This document shows positions 24,332-31,413 of a stretch of 35,923 bases of DNA, one piece after another (the first letter of the stretch is position 1; every line of letters starts with the position of its first letter). The notes below the pieces were generated by a model. The model worked only from the letters and a program-made list of their open reading frames with translations, did not search any database and was not told the DNA's origin. The position numbers and the translations under genes were made by a program. The DNA comes from Candidatus Woesearchaeota archaeon (GTDB lineage Archaea; Nanobdellota; Nanobdellia; SCGC-AAA011-G17; GW2011-AR20). Location: assembly GCA_018302915.1 (NCBI GenBank), contig JAGVZB010000020.1, positions 1-35,923 of the forward strand, read 5' to 3'.

Positions 24332-25720
24332 ATGATGGATTATGAAAAATTAAACCTTAAAATCGGCCTTGAAATCCACAGGCAAATTGATTCACACAAG
24401 TTATTCTGCAAATGCCCATCAAGATTATCTGAAGGTTTTCCTGATTTAACCGTTAAAAGAAATTTAAGAGCTGTTGAAAGTGAGATTGGAGAGGAAGATA
24501 AATCTGCTGTCTTTGAAATGCTGAAGAAAAAGAATGGAATGTATGAGATATTCAATGAAAGCAGCTGTTTGATTGAACTTGATGAAGAACCAATTCTAAA
24601 CATCAATGAAGATGCACTAAAAGCTGTCCTGACCATTGCTAAAATGCTCAACTGCGAAATCAATGATAATTTGATAATGATGAGAAAGCAGGTTTTGGAT
24701 TACAGCAACACTTCAGGATTCCAGAGGACTGGGTTACTGGCAAGAAACGGATATGTGAACATCAAAAACAATGCAATAGAAATTGCAACAATATGCATCG
24801 AGGAGGATGCTGCAAGAAAAATAAGCGAAGACAGCAATAAAGTTGTTTACAGATTAGACAGATTAGGAATTCCCCTAATAGAAATTGCAACTGCACCTGA
24901 CATAAAAACACCTGAGGAAGCAAGAGAAGTTGCTGCACACATCGGAATGATATTAAAATCAACAGGAAAATTCAAGGGAGGAATAGGGACAATAAGGCAG
25001 GATTTGAATGTCTCTATAAAAAACGGAGCAAGAGTTGAGATCAAAGGCGTTCAGGAGCTAAAACATATTCCAAGAATAATCGAGAATGAAATCAAAAGAC
25101 AATCAGAGATTATCAGCAAAGGAAAAAAAGTCCATAGTGAAGTAAGAAAAGTCAATGACAAGTTAGAAACTGATTTCTTAAGGCCAATGCCCGGAGCTTC
25201 AAGGATGTATGTCGAGACTGATATTCCGGAGGTAAACACCAAGGAATTAATTAAGGGAATAGTATTGCCCAAATTAATCATCGACAACATCAAAGAATTG
25301 GTGAAAAAAGGATTAAGGGAGGACTTGGCAAAAGAAATTGTAAAGGAAGACATCAACCTAGATGATTATGACTTAGATCCAAGAATCGTTGCTGATGTAC
25401 TAATTGAAAAGCCAAAAGAAATCAAGACAAGATTCAAGCTGGATGTCAAAAGAGAGAATTTAGAGAAAGTTCTGGAGCTGCTAAAACAAAAGAAAATAAA
25501 CAAAGATATCATCGTTGATGTTTTGATTGATTTAGAGAATGACAAGTTTGAAATTTCCAAATATGAAAAAATTGATGCAAAAATAATCGAGAATGATGTA
25601 AAAAACCTCATCAAGAATAACCTGACTGTCAATGCAATCATGGGAATACTAATGGGAAGATACAGGGGAAAAATTTCAGGAAAAGAACTAAGTGAAATAA
25701 TAAAAAGATATGAAAAATAA
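24332..25720 (+). CDS. gatE: Glu-tRNA(Gln) amidotransferase subunit E, compact form
   Basis: LKIGLEIHRQIDSHKLFCKC, CLIELDEEP, MRKQVLDYSNTSGFQRT, CIEEDAARK, YRLDRLGIPLIEIAT, GTIRQDLNVSI, ARVEIKGVQEL, LRPMPGASRMYVETDIP and a YqeY-like tail IMGILMGRYRGKISGKEL. Only 462 aa. Confidence 0.88.
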   Translation: MMDYEKLNLKIGLEIHRQIDSHKLFCKCPSRLSEGFPDLTVKRNLRAVESEIGEEDKSAVFEMLKKKNGMYEIFNESSCLIELDEEPILNINEDALKAVLTIAKMLNCEINDNLIMMRKQVLDYSNTSGFQRTGLLARNGYVNIKNNAIEIATICIEEDAARKISEDSNKVVYRLDRLGIPLIEIATAPDIKTPEEAREVAAHIGMILKSTGKFKGGIGTIRQDLNVSIKNGARVEIKGVQELKHIPRIIENEIKRQSEIISKGKKVHSEVRKVNDKLETDFLRPMPGASRMYVETDIPEVNTKELIKGIVLPKLIIDNIKELVKKGLREDLAKEIVKEDINLDDYDLDPRIVADVLIEKPKEIKTRFKLDVKRENLEKVLELLKQKKINKDIIVDVLIDLENDKFEISKYEKIDAKIIENDVKNLIKNNLTVNAIMGILMGRYRGKISGKELSEIIKRYEK

Positions 25721-25721
25721 A

Positions 25722-25901
25722 TTAATGCCTTCTTTTTTTCTTCTTATCCCCCAGAATTTTCTTTGCCTCTGATTCCATCATCCTTTCCAGCTTTATGGAT
25801 TCATTCAAAATTCTTCTTGCTGTAGGCTTGGCTTTCTTCCTTGCTATTTTTGAAGCTGCCCTGGCATACCTGACAAGACTTCTTACTGTTTTGCTTATCA
25901 T
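25722..25901 (-). CDS. small basic hypothetical protein, translationally coupled to the upstream kinase gene
   Basis: 59-aa ORF below the track cutoff (MISKTVRSLVRYARAASKIARKKAKPTARRILNESIKLERMMESEAKKILGDKKKKRRH). Its ATG overlaps the upstream TGA (ATGA), and AGGAGG lies 6 nt upstream. Confidence 0.4.
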   Translation of the reverse strand: MISKTVRSLVRYARAASKIARKKAKPTARRILNESIKLERMMESEAKKILGDKKKKRRH

Positions 25902-27535
25902 TTGGACCTCCTTTTTTCATCTGTAATTGACCTTACCAGCTTAAGGCCTATTATCAAGGTTATCACAACCAGAATAACCGACACCAAAGGAATATTAAAG
26001 ATTAACGGCTGAAGCCTTGCCTGTATTATCAATGCAGCAGCTATCAGCAAGCCAGCCATGACTATCCCTGCAGCAAGCCTGTTAATTGCATTATCAAGAT
26101 AAAAAGTGAATTTCCTTATGTCTGCATCCTCAATATCAACCTTCACTTTCCCCTTTCTTAATATCCTCTTCAATTCATCAGGGAAATTAACAAAATCCTT
26201 CCTGAACTTCCACATGTTCTTCTTAAACATTCCAAACAGATAATTTGGTGATTTTTTATTTTTCTCAAGAGTTTCCACATAAGGCCTGCATGTCTTCACA
26301 AAATCAAACTTGGGGTCAAGCTCCTTTCCAAAACCCTCGACAGTTGCCGTTGCCTTTATCAACAAGACAAAATTCGTGGGAAATTTCATCTTGTAATTTC
26401 TTGCAAGAGATAAGATGTCATACAAAACAGACGATACATCCATCCTGTCCAGTGAAGTGTTGTAATATTTCCCGAGGTGCAATGACAAATCCTCCTTGAA
26501 CTTATCCATATTTATCCCCTCATCAACAATCTGCAAATCAACGAGAGATTCTGCAAGAAGCTCACGATCACCCTTTATCAAAGAGATGAAAACATTTTCA
26601 AATTTATCCCTCAACTCATTGGAGATATGCCCAACAATACCAAAATCCAGAAGAGCAAGTTTCTGACTAGGCATAACAAAAACATTTCCAGGATGAGGAT
26701 CTGCATGAAAGGTACCATACTCCATTGTCTGCTTGATGTATGATTCAACTATCTGCCTGACATAGTGTGGTCTGTTCTTCTTAACTTCAGTTATCTTAAC
26801 GCCGCTGATAAACTCCATCGTAAGAACCCTTCTTGTTGTATGGTTCCAGTAAACCTTGGGTATTTTTATAGGGTCATCCCTGAAATTATTATAAAATATG
26901 TCTATGTTCCTAGCCTCAGCAAGATAATCAAGCTCATTCTTGGTGTACTCCTCAAATTCCTTCACTATTTCCATGAAATTATACTCTCTTAATTCAGGAT
27001 AATATTTTTCAAGCAAAGTTGCAAGATGATACAATAATTGAATGTCCGTCTCAAATAATTTGTCTATGTTGGGCCTCTGAACCTTCACTGCCACAATCTT
27101 TCCATTGTTTAGCATTGCCTTATGAACCTGGCCGACCGAGGCTGCTGCAACAGGATCCTGGTCAAACTTCAGGAATAAATTTGACAAAGGCTGCTCAAAC
27201 TCCTTCTCTATAATCTCCTTAACCTTTTCAAACTTGAACGGCTTAACTTCATCCTGCAATTTCGAGAATTCCTGCGCATACTCCTTTGGAATCAAATCCG
27301 CCCTTAAACTCAGCAATTGACCAAGCTTTATGAAAGCCCCAGAAAGCTCCTCCATCGCCAACCTCAACCTTCTCGGAATCTCTGACTTATTCTGAAGGTA
27401 TCTCGGCTTATGGGTCAATGGGATATGCTTTTTCAGCTTTAACTTATCTATCAACAGAAACAATTCCTGCTCCGCAAGGACGGATGCAATCTGCCTTAAC
27501 CTGGACACCTCTTTTATTGCTGAAGTTATAGACAT
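25898..27535 (-). CDS. ABC1/UbiB-family atypical protein kinase with a C-terminal TM anchor
   Basis: FDQDPVAAASVGQVHKA...VAVKVQRPNI (ABC1 signature), HADPHPGNVFV and LLDFG. 545 aa with two C-terminal TM helices. Confidence 0.85.
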   Translation of the reverse strand: MSITSAIKEVSRLRQIASVLAEQELFLLIDKLKLKKHIPLTHKPRYLQNKSEIPRRLRLAMEELSGAFIKLGQLLSLRADLIPKEYAQEFSKLQDEVKPFKFEKVKEIIEKEFEQPLSNLFLKFDQDPVAAASVGQVHKAMLNNGKIVAVKVQRPNIDKLFETDIQLLYHLATLLEKYYPELREYNFMEIVKEFEEYTKNELDYLAEARNIDIFYNNFRDDPIKIPKVYWNHTTRRVLTMEFISGVKITEVKKNRPHYVRQIVESYIKQTMEYGTFHADPHPGNVFVMPSQKLALLDFGIVGHISNELRDKFENVFISLIKGDRELLAESLVDLQIVDEGINMDKFKEDLSLHLGKYYNTSLDRMDVSSVLYDILSLARNYKMKFPTNFVLLIKATATVEGFGKELDPKFDFVKTCRPYVETLEKNKKSPNYLFGMFKKNMWKFRKDFVNFPDELKRILRKGKVKVDIEDADIRKFTFYLDNAINRLAAGIVMAGLLIAAALIIQARLQPLIFNIPLVSVILVVITLIIGLKLVRSITDEKRRSK

Positions 27536-27573
27536 AATCTAAAAAAGATTAAGATGTTTATATATGTTTTTGT

Positions 27574-27891
27574 TCAATCAAAATCATTTATCTCACTCAA
27601 CAACTTGCCTGAAGACAATGACTTAATTGATGTTACATATGCCGGGCTTGAGCAGTAAGGGCATCTAAACTTGTTGTCACCAGAAGGATCATACTTGAAC
27701 TTGTACTTGCACCTTGTGCACATGTAATCCCTCTTGCCTGATTTCTGCATTGGGGAATATTCCTTTTTAACTTCCTTTTTAACCTGCTCCTTCTCCGGAA
27801 CTAACTTGATTCCCTTGACAACATACCTTACATCATTTATGGGAACATTCATCTTGCATTCATCGCACATGATTTGCTTATTGTCTATCAT
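27574..27891 (-). CDS. zinc-ribbon protein
   Basis: 105 aa. CDEC near the N-terminus, and CTRC...x15...CPYC forming a C4 ribbon. Confidence 0.5.
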   Translation of the reverse strand: MIDNKQIMCDECKMNVPINDVRYVVKGIKLVPEKEQVKKEVKKEYSPMQKSGKRDYMCTRCKYKFKYDPSGDNKFRCPYCSSPAYVTSIKSLSSGKLLSEINDFD

Positions 27892-27894
27892 TTT

Positions 27895-28707
27895 TTATGC
27901 CGCCTTTCTCATCTGCATTCTATTACAAAACAATACTAACTCATCCAATTCCAATACTTTTCCCGGACCAACCTGTGAAACTCTTGAGGAATTCTCCCTT
28001 CTTTCATATTCCCTATAAACACCTTTAACCAAAACCGAATCATGATAAAAAGAATGAAAGAAAAATTCTTCACTTAAACCATTACCATTAAAATGAGTCA
28101 CTTTTCCCATTCCTAAATTTGAATAAGAACTTCTTTTTATCTGATATGCATGTATTCCTTTATCTTTCATTGCTTCTGTCATTTTTATAGCAAGCCTTGT
28201 CTTTGTTCCCAAATTAGGATAAATAGAATTATCATCTGGAAAGGGAATGTCATATACAAAATTTCCCGGAATTTTATCTATCAAACTAAAACCTTCTGGT
28301 AAATCAATATTATTATTAAATTCATTTATTCTAACAACTTTTCCATTCTTGCTGTTAAAGATATATGCTCCATCATTTCCTTTACCTTCTTCCTGCATTA
28401 AGAATCCTGAAAATTCGTCAAAATTCAGCAATGGTTTTGATGAATCATACTCCTCTCTAATTTTTTTTGATCTTTCATTATGATCATAAACATCATTAAT
28501 CATACCTTCTTCTATTAATGTATTAAATACATTTAGACCATCAACCAAAAAAAGAAATCCATGGTAAGGTATCCCTTTATCAGAACCCTCAGTTAATGAT
28601 TTATCACCAATTAATATTTCCCCTCTTCTTATCAAAGGTCTGCAAATCTCCAAATAATTTCTTCGATGATGGTGCATTACAAGCCAGGGAAAGATGTCAA
28701 TTGCCAT
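27895..28707 (-). CDS. hypothetical protein with diadenylate-cyclase (DisA_N/DAC)-like motifs (tentative)
   Basis: 270 aa. HGFLFLVD..., GNDGAYIF (DGA motif) and LGTKTRLAIKMTEA (at the position of GTRHRAA) occur in the order seen in DAC domains. RHR is replaced by KTR. Confidence 0.3.
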   Translation of the reverse strand: MAIDIFPWLVMHHHRRNYLEICRPLIRRGEILIGDKSLTEGSDKGIPYHGFLFLVDGLNVFNTLIEEGMINDVYDHNERSKKIREEYDSSKPLLNFDEFSGFLMQEEGKGNDGAYIFNSKNGKVVRINEFNNNIDLPEGFSLIDKIPGNFVYDIPFPDDNSIYPNLGTKTRLAIKMTEAMKDKGIHAYQIKRSSYSNLGMGKVTHFNGNGLSEEFFFHSFYHDSVLVKGVYREYERRENSSRVSQVGPGKVLELDELVLFCNRMQMRKAA

Positions 28708-28817
28708 AATAATTTTTAATTAACTAAATCTCTTTTTATACTTACCTATCAATTTTTTTTATTTTTAGGTATAAAAAAGCAAAAATTTATTAATTAGTAA
28801 AAGAATATCAAAAAGGA

Positions 28818-29840
28818 ATGGTAAAATTTGACCACAACCTGATTTATTTGCACTCAGAAAACGCCAGAATGACATTAAAGGATATAGCCTATCATTTAAA
28901 GAAAAGCCCGCAGAGGCTAAAATACTCCCTGTCTGTTTTGGACAAAGAGAGTATCTTTACAACCCCTTTCTGCATATTTGACTATTCATATTTTGGACTG
29001 ATAATGTTCAGGGTATATTTCAAGGGAGGGTACATCCATGATCATGACAAGGAAATAATAATAAAAGAATTGAGTGAAAACTCTTTTGTAACATCCATAT
29101 ATGAATTAACAGGGGAATTTGATTTTGTATTGGAGTTTGCGTCGCCGAATCCATCTAAATTCAACAAAGAGTTAAAGAAGATATCCTCAATAAATTCAAT
29201 GCTTAAGGATTACAAAATTATCCTCAATCTTGTCACATATATATACCCAAAAAATTACATATCAAAAAATAATGACCTGAACATTTTAAACACAGAAAAG
29301 ATAATCGGCGGCGACAGAGAAAGGGAACTGTTCAACAGGAACGAGAAGGACGTCATCAAGAACCTAATATTAGATCCAAAAATAAGAATCATGGAGCTTG
29401 CAAGCAAATCAGAATTAAATGTGAAGACGGTAAAGAGCATCCTGAAAAACTTAATCAAGAAAAATATCATCAAGGGATTCAAGTACAACATAGATACAAA
29501 CAAATTAGGAATCAACAAATCAAGATTATTCCTTAAGCTGCACAACTTAAGCCTTGACAGAGAATCAGACCTCATGAAACATATGCTGAACACAAAAGAG
29601 ATTGTCCAGGTCAACAAGACCGTCGGTGACTGGGACATGGAGATTGATATTGAATCACTTGACAAAGGAAAAATAAGATATATAACAATGCAAATAAGGG
29701 AATTGTTTGTTGACTTGATAGAAAGGTTTAACATAATTGAATTCTACAAATATTACAAAAGATCTTATCTGCCGTCCTACATCTTCAAGGAAGGCGAGGA
29801 TTTCCAGGACAAGATAATTATAATTGATTTGAAAAAATGA
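28818..29840 (+). CDS. tandem Lrp/AsnC-like regulator (two HTH + effector-domain modules)
   Basis: Two repeats of HTH (MTLKDIAYHLKKSPQRLKYSLSVL / RIMELASKSELNVKTVKSILKNLIKKNII). Each is followed by a beta-alpha-beta-beta-alpha-beta-like segment (YELTGEFDFVLEF / VNKTVGDWDMEIDIE). Confidence 0.55.
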   Translation: MVKFDHNLIYLHSENARMTLKDIAYHLKKSPQRLKYSLSVLDKESIFTTPFCIFDYSYFGLIMFRVYFKGGYIHDHDKEIIIKELSENSFVTSIYELTGEFDFVLEFASPNPSKFNKELKKISSINSMLKDYKIILNLVTYIYPKNYISKNNDLNILNTEKIIGGDRERELFNRNEKDVIKNLILDPKIRIMELASKSELNVKTVKSILKNLIKKNIIKGFKYNIDTNKLGINKSRLFLKLHNLSLDRESDLMKHMLNTKEIVQVNKTVGDWDMEIDIESLDKGKIRYITMQIRELFVDLIERFNIIEFYKYYKRSYLPSYIFKEGEDFQDKIIIIDLKK

Positions 29841-29841
29841 T

Positions 29842-29862
29842 GCCTCTGTAGCTTAATAAGTA
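29842..29862 (+). other. orphan tRNA 5' fragment (acceptor 5' strand + D arm, tRNA-Thr-like)
   Basis: GCCTCTGTAGCTTAATAAGTA matches 16/21 positions with the first 21 nt of tRNA-Thr(CGT) at 29903 and 15/20 with tRNA-Thr(GGT) at 31301. No matching 3' half follows. Confidence 0.5.
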
Positions 29863-29902
29863 AAAATTTATAAACATTGAAAACATGTTGTGATATAAAT
29901 AC

Positions 29903-29987
29903 GCCTCGATAGCTCAGTTAGTAGAGCAGCAGAATTATGCTGAATCTCGTAAACTGCAGGCCGGGGGTGCAAATCCCTCTCGAGGCT
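29903..29987 (+). tRNA. tRNA-Thr (anticodon CGT) with a 12-nt non-canonical intron at 30/31
   Basis: Acceptor GCCTCGA/TCGAGGC, discriminator T, D arm GCTC-AGTTAGTA-GAGC. After removing 29933-29944 the anticodon arm is GCAGT-CTCGTAA-ACTGC. T arm GGGGG-TGCAAAT-CCCTC. Mature length 73 nt. Confidence 0.75.
29933..29944 (+). other. tRNA-Thr(CGT) mini-intron
   Basis: AATTATGCTGAA. Central helix CAGC(29927-29930)/GCTG(29939-29942). The 5' bulge AG|A merges into a 5-nt loop. The 3' bulge is AA|T. Confidence 0.65.
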
Positions 29988-29994
29988 TATCAAA

Positions 29995-30999
29995 ATGGTG
30001 AGAATATATTTTAAAGATAAAAATATAAGAAATAAATTCTTTAAAGACTTAATTAGATACTCTAACCTAAAAACCTGGAAAGAATTAAGAAACAAATTTG
30101 ATATTCCAAGGACCAATCTTGAAAATTATAGAAATGGAAAATTAACCATACCAAAGAATGTTTATGATAATTTTAATCTTTTTCTACCTAAAAAATTAAT
30201 AGAACATTATTCTCTTAAAATTAATTCAAAAGAAGATAGATGGGGGATGATTAAAGGGGGAAAGCATAATTATATTAAAAATAAACATCTTTATGATTTA
30301 GGGAGAAAAAAAGCTTGGAAAGTAACAAGAAAAAAATTTGGTATTGAGAAAATAGATGTTAATGCCCCCATTAATTCAGAGTTTTGTGAAGTTTTGGGTG
30401 CTTTTATTGGAGATGGATCATTAAATATATATCGAAAGAATAAATATTTTGTTCAATTTTCTGGAGATTCTAGATATGACTTATCTTATTATAAAAGTAG
30501 AATTATACCTCTTGTAAAGAGTCTTATTAATAGAAATCCTTATATAAGAATTAAAAAAAATAGTATGTGGGTCACTTTTTATTCTAAATATCTTTTAAAG
30601 ATATTAACTGATAGGTTTTCTATGCCAAAAGGAAAAAAGGTTTATACTGTTAAAATACCTGATGAGATATTAAAAGATAAAACTAAATTAATTTTCACAT
30701 TAAGAGGTATCTTTGATACTGATGGTTGTGTGTTTTTTGATAAAAGAAATATTTACAAAAAACCTTATATAAGAATAGCATTACAGTTAGCAAATAAAGA
30801 TTTGATTGAGCAAGTATCTGATAGATTAACTTTTTTAAAGATACCCCACACAAGATATGATAGGATAAATGTAGGAAGTTTTGGAGCTTATACAATTCAA
30901 ATAAATGGAATAGATAATGTTAAAAAGTATTGCGAGACAATAGGATTCTATAACCAAAGGCACTTGAAAAAGTTAAATTTTAATTTTCAAAAGGTTTAA
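29995..30999 (+). CDS. free-standing double-motif LAGLIDADG homing-endonuclease-family protein with an N-terminal HTH-like region
   Basis: Motifs LGAFIGDGSL and LRGIFDTDGCVF, about 100 aa apart, both keeping the acidic residue. 334 aa. Starts 8 nt after tRNA-Thr(CGT). Confidence 0.8.
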   Translation: MVRIYFKDKNIRNKFFKDLIRYSNLKTWKELRNKFDIPRTNLENYRNGKLTIPKNVYDNFNLFLPKKLIEHYSLKINSKEDRWGMIKGGKHNYIKNKHLYDLGRKKAWKVTRKKFGIEKIDVNAPINSEFCEVLGAFIGDGSLNIYRKNKYFVQFSGDSRYDLSYYKSRIIPLVKSLINRNPYIRIKKNSMWVTFYSKYLLKILTDRFSMPKGKKVYTVKIPDEILKDKTKLIFTLRGIFDTDGCVFFDKRNIYKKPYIRIALQLANKDLIEQVSDRLTFLKIPHTRYDRINVGSFGAYTIQINGIDNVKKYCETIGFYNQRHLKKLNFNFQKV

Positions 31000-31166
31000 A
31001 AAAAGATATTTTGATTTAATACCATGATAAAAAAAGACAGAAAGAAGAAACCAGTATGGAAAGCATACAAGAAGAAACATCCTGACAAGAAACACGGAAA
31101 GAGAGCTTTCAGAAAGAAGAAAGCTTAAACTTAATGTGGGAGTGCCGGAGTGGTCAAACGGGCTGG

Positions 31167-31188
31167 GTCTATCAATTATAGAAGCCAA
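31167..31188 (+). other. tRNA-Leu intron 1 (BHB, in the anticodon stem 30/31)
   Basis: G-TCTAT-CAATT-ATAGA-AGCC-AA. Central helix GGCT(31161-31164)/AGCC(31183-31186), bulges GG|G and AA|A, inner helix TCTAT/ATAGA. Confidence 0.75.
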
Positions 31189-31195
31189 ACTTAAG

Positions 31196-31207
31196 ACCAT
31201 TTAAGAA
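31196..31207 (+). other. tRNA-Leu intron 2 (mini-intron at canonical 37/38)
   Basis: ACCATTTAAGAA. Central helix CTTA(31190-31193)/TAAG(31202-31205), bulges AG|A and AA|A. The junction is ambiguous by 1 nt because A flanks both ends. Confidence 0.65.
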
Positions 31208-31300
31208 ATCCAGTGGCTTAGTGCCTACGCAGGTTCGAACCCTGTCTCCCACACTCATTTTTAGATACTTTTAAAAAATAATTTCAATTCTTTATTTTAT

Positions 31301-31373
31301 GCCTCATTAGCTTAGTCGGTTGAGCACCGCATTGGTAATGCGGAGGTCCCGGGTTCGATTCCCGGATGAGGCT
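31301..31373 (+). tRNA. tRNA-Thr (anticodon GGT), no intron
   Basis: GCCTCAT-TA-GCTT-AGTCGGTT-GAGC-A-CCGCA-TTGGTAA-TGCGG-AGGTC-CCGGG-TTCGATT-CCCGG-ATGAGGC-T. A canonical 73-nt cloverleaf. Confidence 0.9.
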
Positions 31374-31413
31374 TTTCAAAACCCTTTTATATCACTTTAA
31401 ACACAAATCTTTC

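Larger units (their letters stand above)
31136..31253 (+). tRNA. tRNA-Leu (anticodon TAA) with two introns (22 nt at 30/31 and 12 nt at 37/38)
   Basis: Acceptor GTGGGAG/CTCCCAC, discriminator A, D arm CCG...CGG with GG, long variable arm T-GGC-TTAGT-GCC-TAC, T arm GCAGG-TTCGAAC-CCTGT. Removing 31167-31188 and 31196-31207 gives the anticodon arm CTGGA-CTTAAGA-TCCAG. Mature length 84 nt. Confidence 0.75.

Noticed and set aside
29933-29952. Alternative reading of the 29903 tRNA as tRNA-Ile(UAU) with a canonical 37/38 intron.
   Set aside because: That reading leaves an A-A mismatch in the anticodon stem and has no 4-bp central BHB helix. The 30/31 model gives a perfect stem, a canonical CUCGUAA loop, a 4-bp CAGC/GCUG helix and a discriminator consistent with Thr.
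31024-31128. 34-codon Lys/Arg-rich ORF (MIKKDRKKKPVWKAYKKKHPDKKHGKRAFRKKKA) between the LAGLIDADG gene and tRNA-Leu.
   Set aside because: It is extremely low-complexity in an A-rich stretch, with no RBS or coupling signal. It cannot be distinguished from chance.
31366-31413. Track start of the 169-aa ORF at 31366.
   Set aside because: It begins inside the tRNA-Thr(GGT) gene (31301-31373). The first ATG outside the tRNA (31414) gives a sensible N-terminus.
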